DNA of 64,000 nt from positions 434,001 through 498,000 of the forward strand of contig MCFH01000022.1 of assembly GCA_002104945.1 (NCBI GenBank). The letters run 5' to 3'. Below, piece by piece: positions 61,585 through 64,000 of this stretch (the first letter of the stretch is position 1; every line of letters begins with the position of its first letter). The notes under the pieces were generated by a model that was given only the letters and a program-made list of their open reading frames with translations, searched no databases and was not told the origin of the DNA. Source of the DNA: Piromyces finnis finn. Taxonomy: Eukaryota; Fungi; Neocallimastigomycota. Made by a program: the position numbers and the translations under genes.

Positions 61585-64000
61585 ATGGGAATAAAATTTT
61601 CAAAAATATTTTTTTTCATTTTAATTTATCTATCTTCCGTTTTATGTGAAGAGAATCAAAAAATAAAAATATGCATTAAACAACAAGATATGACAGATTC
61701 AGTATCATTTGAATACTGGGAAAACTATAAAAATGAATTAAAAAATTACTTTGCAGAAAAAGTAAAAGATAATGAAAAACTTAATAATTATGAACTTGAT
61801 ATATATTTCTATCCGTACTTAGTTGAAACTGATGGGCAATCTAAAATCTTTGACTATATTAATAATTTAGTAGATGGTCTAAGTAACAAAGAATATGATA
61901 TGATAATACTTGATGAAAGAATATTATTTAATGATATAGCATTAATGGAATCTGAATGGATTTACAAAAATATAAATTATAGACAACCATCACTAGAATT
62001 ATTACATGATTTATCTGAATATATTAATAAAAAAGATTTAAATTTCCATGATCCAAAGGTTTTAAGTTATGGGATGAATGAAAATAAAATTTATGGTATT
62101 CCTTTTGAATATGATTTCGATGTATTGTATTATCATAAAGATGGTGAAATTTCAAATGAAAATAGTGATACATTGACGTTAATAGAGAATATGGAAGATT
62201 ATACATGGGAATCTTTATTAAAACAAATGGATAAAAATGGTCAATCTCTTAGAGTTTCATTGAGTGACGATAATGACTTATTAAATTTCATAATTGAATA
62301 TACAAGTAATAATTATAAATTGTCTGTAAAAAACAATCCAAATTATATGAAATTATTTTATAATGAGTCTTCATCAACTTATTATACTAAATTACGTGAT
62401 TTAGTAAAATCATTTTCCCAAAATAAGGATGTAAAAAGTGCTATTGAATCAACATTAAATGACGCATATAATAGCTTTTTGGCGAAAAATTCAACATTCT
62501 TTAAAGCAAAGGCTTCTCATAACTTCCTTTTTAAATCGAAATATGGAAACGATGGAATTCCTTTATCTCTTCCTCCAAAATATCAAAGTGCTACAACAAA
62601 TAAATATTTAGTTGCAAATAAATATAGTGATATTAAACCTGATCTTCTTGCTGAAGTGGCTCTCATTCTTACCGATAAGGAAGCACAATTATTCCGTGCT
62701 GAAAAATATGGAAGTATTCCAACATTTGATTTCACTAAAAAAGATTCCGATCAATATTTACAAGATTATTGCAATAATAATCCAGTTATTTGTGATGCAA
62801 TGGATAAAATGGAAAAACTTTATATTAGAGATATTTTTAGTTCTGACACAATGGTACCATTTTATGAAATATTATGTTTTATTCCAATCCGATTTAAAAA
62901 TTATTTTTTATCTAATGATCTTGAATACATAAAAAGCTCTTTACAAAATGTGAATGAATTTGTTACAAGTAATTTAGGTATATATGGAACATTATCTAAA
63001 ATATCTGTTTTATTTGTTATTGGATTTTGTTGTTATGTAATTTTTATGACATACATATTAAAAGAACATCCATATATCAAAGTTATGTCACCACCATATT
63101 GTAATTTAATTGTCATAGGATGTATTTTAAATATGATTAAATTAATGAAATTTAATCCACCATATACACTTAAAAAAATAAAAACATATCTTTTTATTGA
63201 GACCCTCAGTACTAGTTTAATTTTCATTCCAATGTTTGTAATTATTTATCGAATTTATTATATATACAAAACAAAATCACTCCCTAAAAAATCTACATAT
63301 AAAACACTTTTTTTAATTTGTGTAATAGCAGCTATTTTTGTAGGAGTTATTTATAATGTGGCTATTATTTTTAACAATAAATTTTATTACGAAACAGTTG
63401 GTTCTGTTAGTGATACACGTATTCCAATAGGATATTTTTCAAATTACGAAACGTTAAATAAAATTTATAATGGATATCTTACAATTATTGTATGTATTAT
63501 ACTGTAATTTATTATTTAAAATCAAAAATCTTTCATAATAATATTTATTTATCAAGTGCTAACCTTTAATTTTTTTTCATATAGTTCATTACTATTTTCA
63601 TAATGGCTATTTATACCGGAACTTTATCAAAAAGATTTTTGGATATTTCATATATATTTGTTATTTACACTACAAATATTGCTGATTATATTGTTGAACG
63701 TTTAATAACAAGATTGAAGGGTAGTATGTATTATCCTATGTTTATTCTCTTAATAGTTTTATTTCATTGTATTGTTCATTTCAATTGTGTTTATCTTTTG
63801 ATTGGGTTAAGAATTTACTTTATTAAAAAAAATCCAAGATATAATTTTGATAATATTTATAATACAAATGTTGCACAACTCATTCCATTGAAATATAAAA
63901 CAAAAACTATGAGTGTATTTAGAAGATTTAGTGTTTTATCGTCAACAAGTAGTTTTAATAATAATCCTTCTATTAGAAGTGGTGGAGCAAGTGGTTATAA
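61585..64000 (+). CDS. SBP-class C-like GPCR (receptor 4); exon 1 at 61585-63489, exon 2 from 63585 open to the window end
   Basis: Same architecture and intron position. Exon 2 reads FITIFIMAIYTGTLSKRFLDISYIFVIY...YYPMFILLIVLFHCIVHF... with no stop before 64000. Confidence 0.85.

Noticed and set aside
54659-62932. Three near-identical 106-aa ORFs (54659-54979, 58619-58939, 62612-62932) suggesting a repeated small gene
   Set aside because: They are out-of-frame readings inside the homogenised GPCR segment. They reflect the conversion tracts rather than separate genes.

Overview
This is extremely AT-rich eukaryotic DNA with short GT-AG introns and the standard genetic code. It most likely comes from an anaerobic gut fungus (Neocallimastigomycota); that is an inference from the composition, the flagellar genes and the solute-binding-protein (SBP)-GPCR fusions. 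The ORF track fragments most genes, so I joined exons by eye and boundaries are approximate. In order, the window holds: a partial gene with tandem UBZ4-like zinc fingers (SLX4-like, runs off the left edge); CFAP57; NLE1/RSA4; two small basic proteins in head-to-head orientation; a TRF4/PAPD5 poly(A) polymerase; an intronless microbial-type PARG-like macrodomain gene; a G-protein beta subunit; ARMC9; a Cys-rich probable GPI-anchored protein; a Nur1/Mug154-like gene; a SIZ1/PIAS SUMO ligase; a small 4-TM protein; a 5'-truncated non-LTR retrotransposon; and four class C-like GPCR genes with N-terminal bacterial-type SBP domains, arranged two leftward and two rightward. The strongest signal is in the receptor cluster. 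Two receptors share a near-identical 1665-bp inverted coding block but differ in signal peptide, intron and C-terminal half. A third receptor carries a 416-bp patch of the same sequence. This looks like gene conversion that shuffles sensor domains among different receptor outputs, although an assembly artefact is not excluded. I saw no rRNA, tRNA or CRISPR array.
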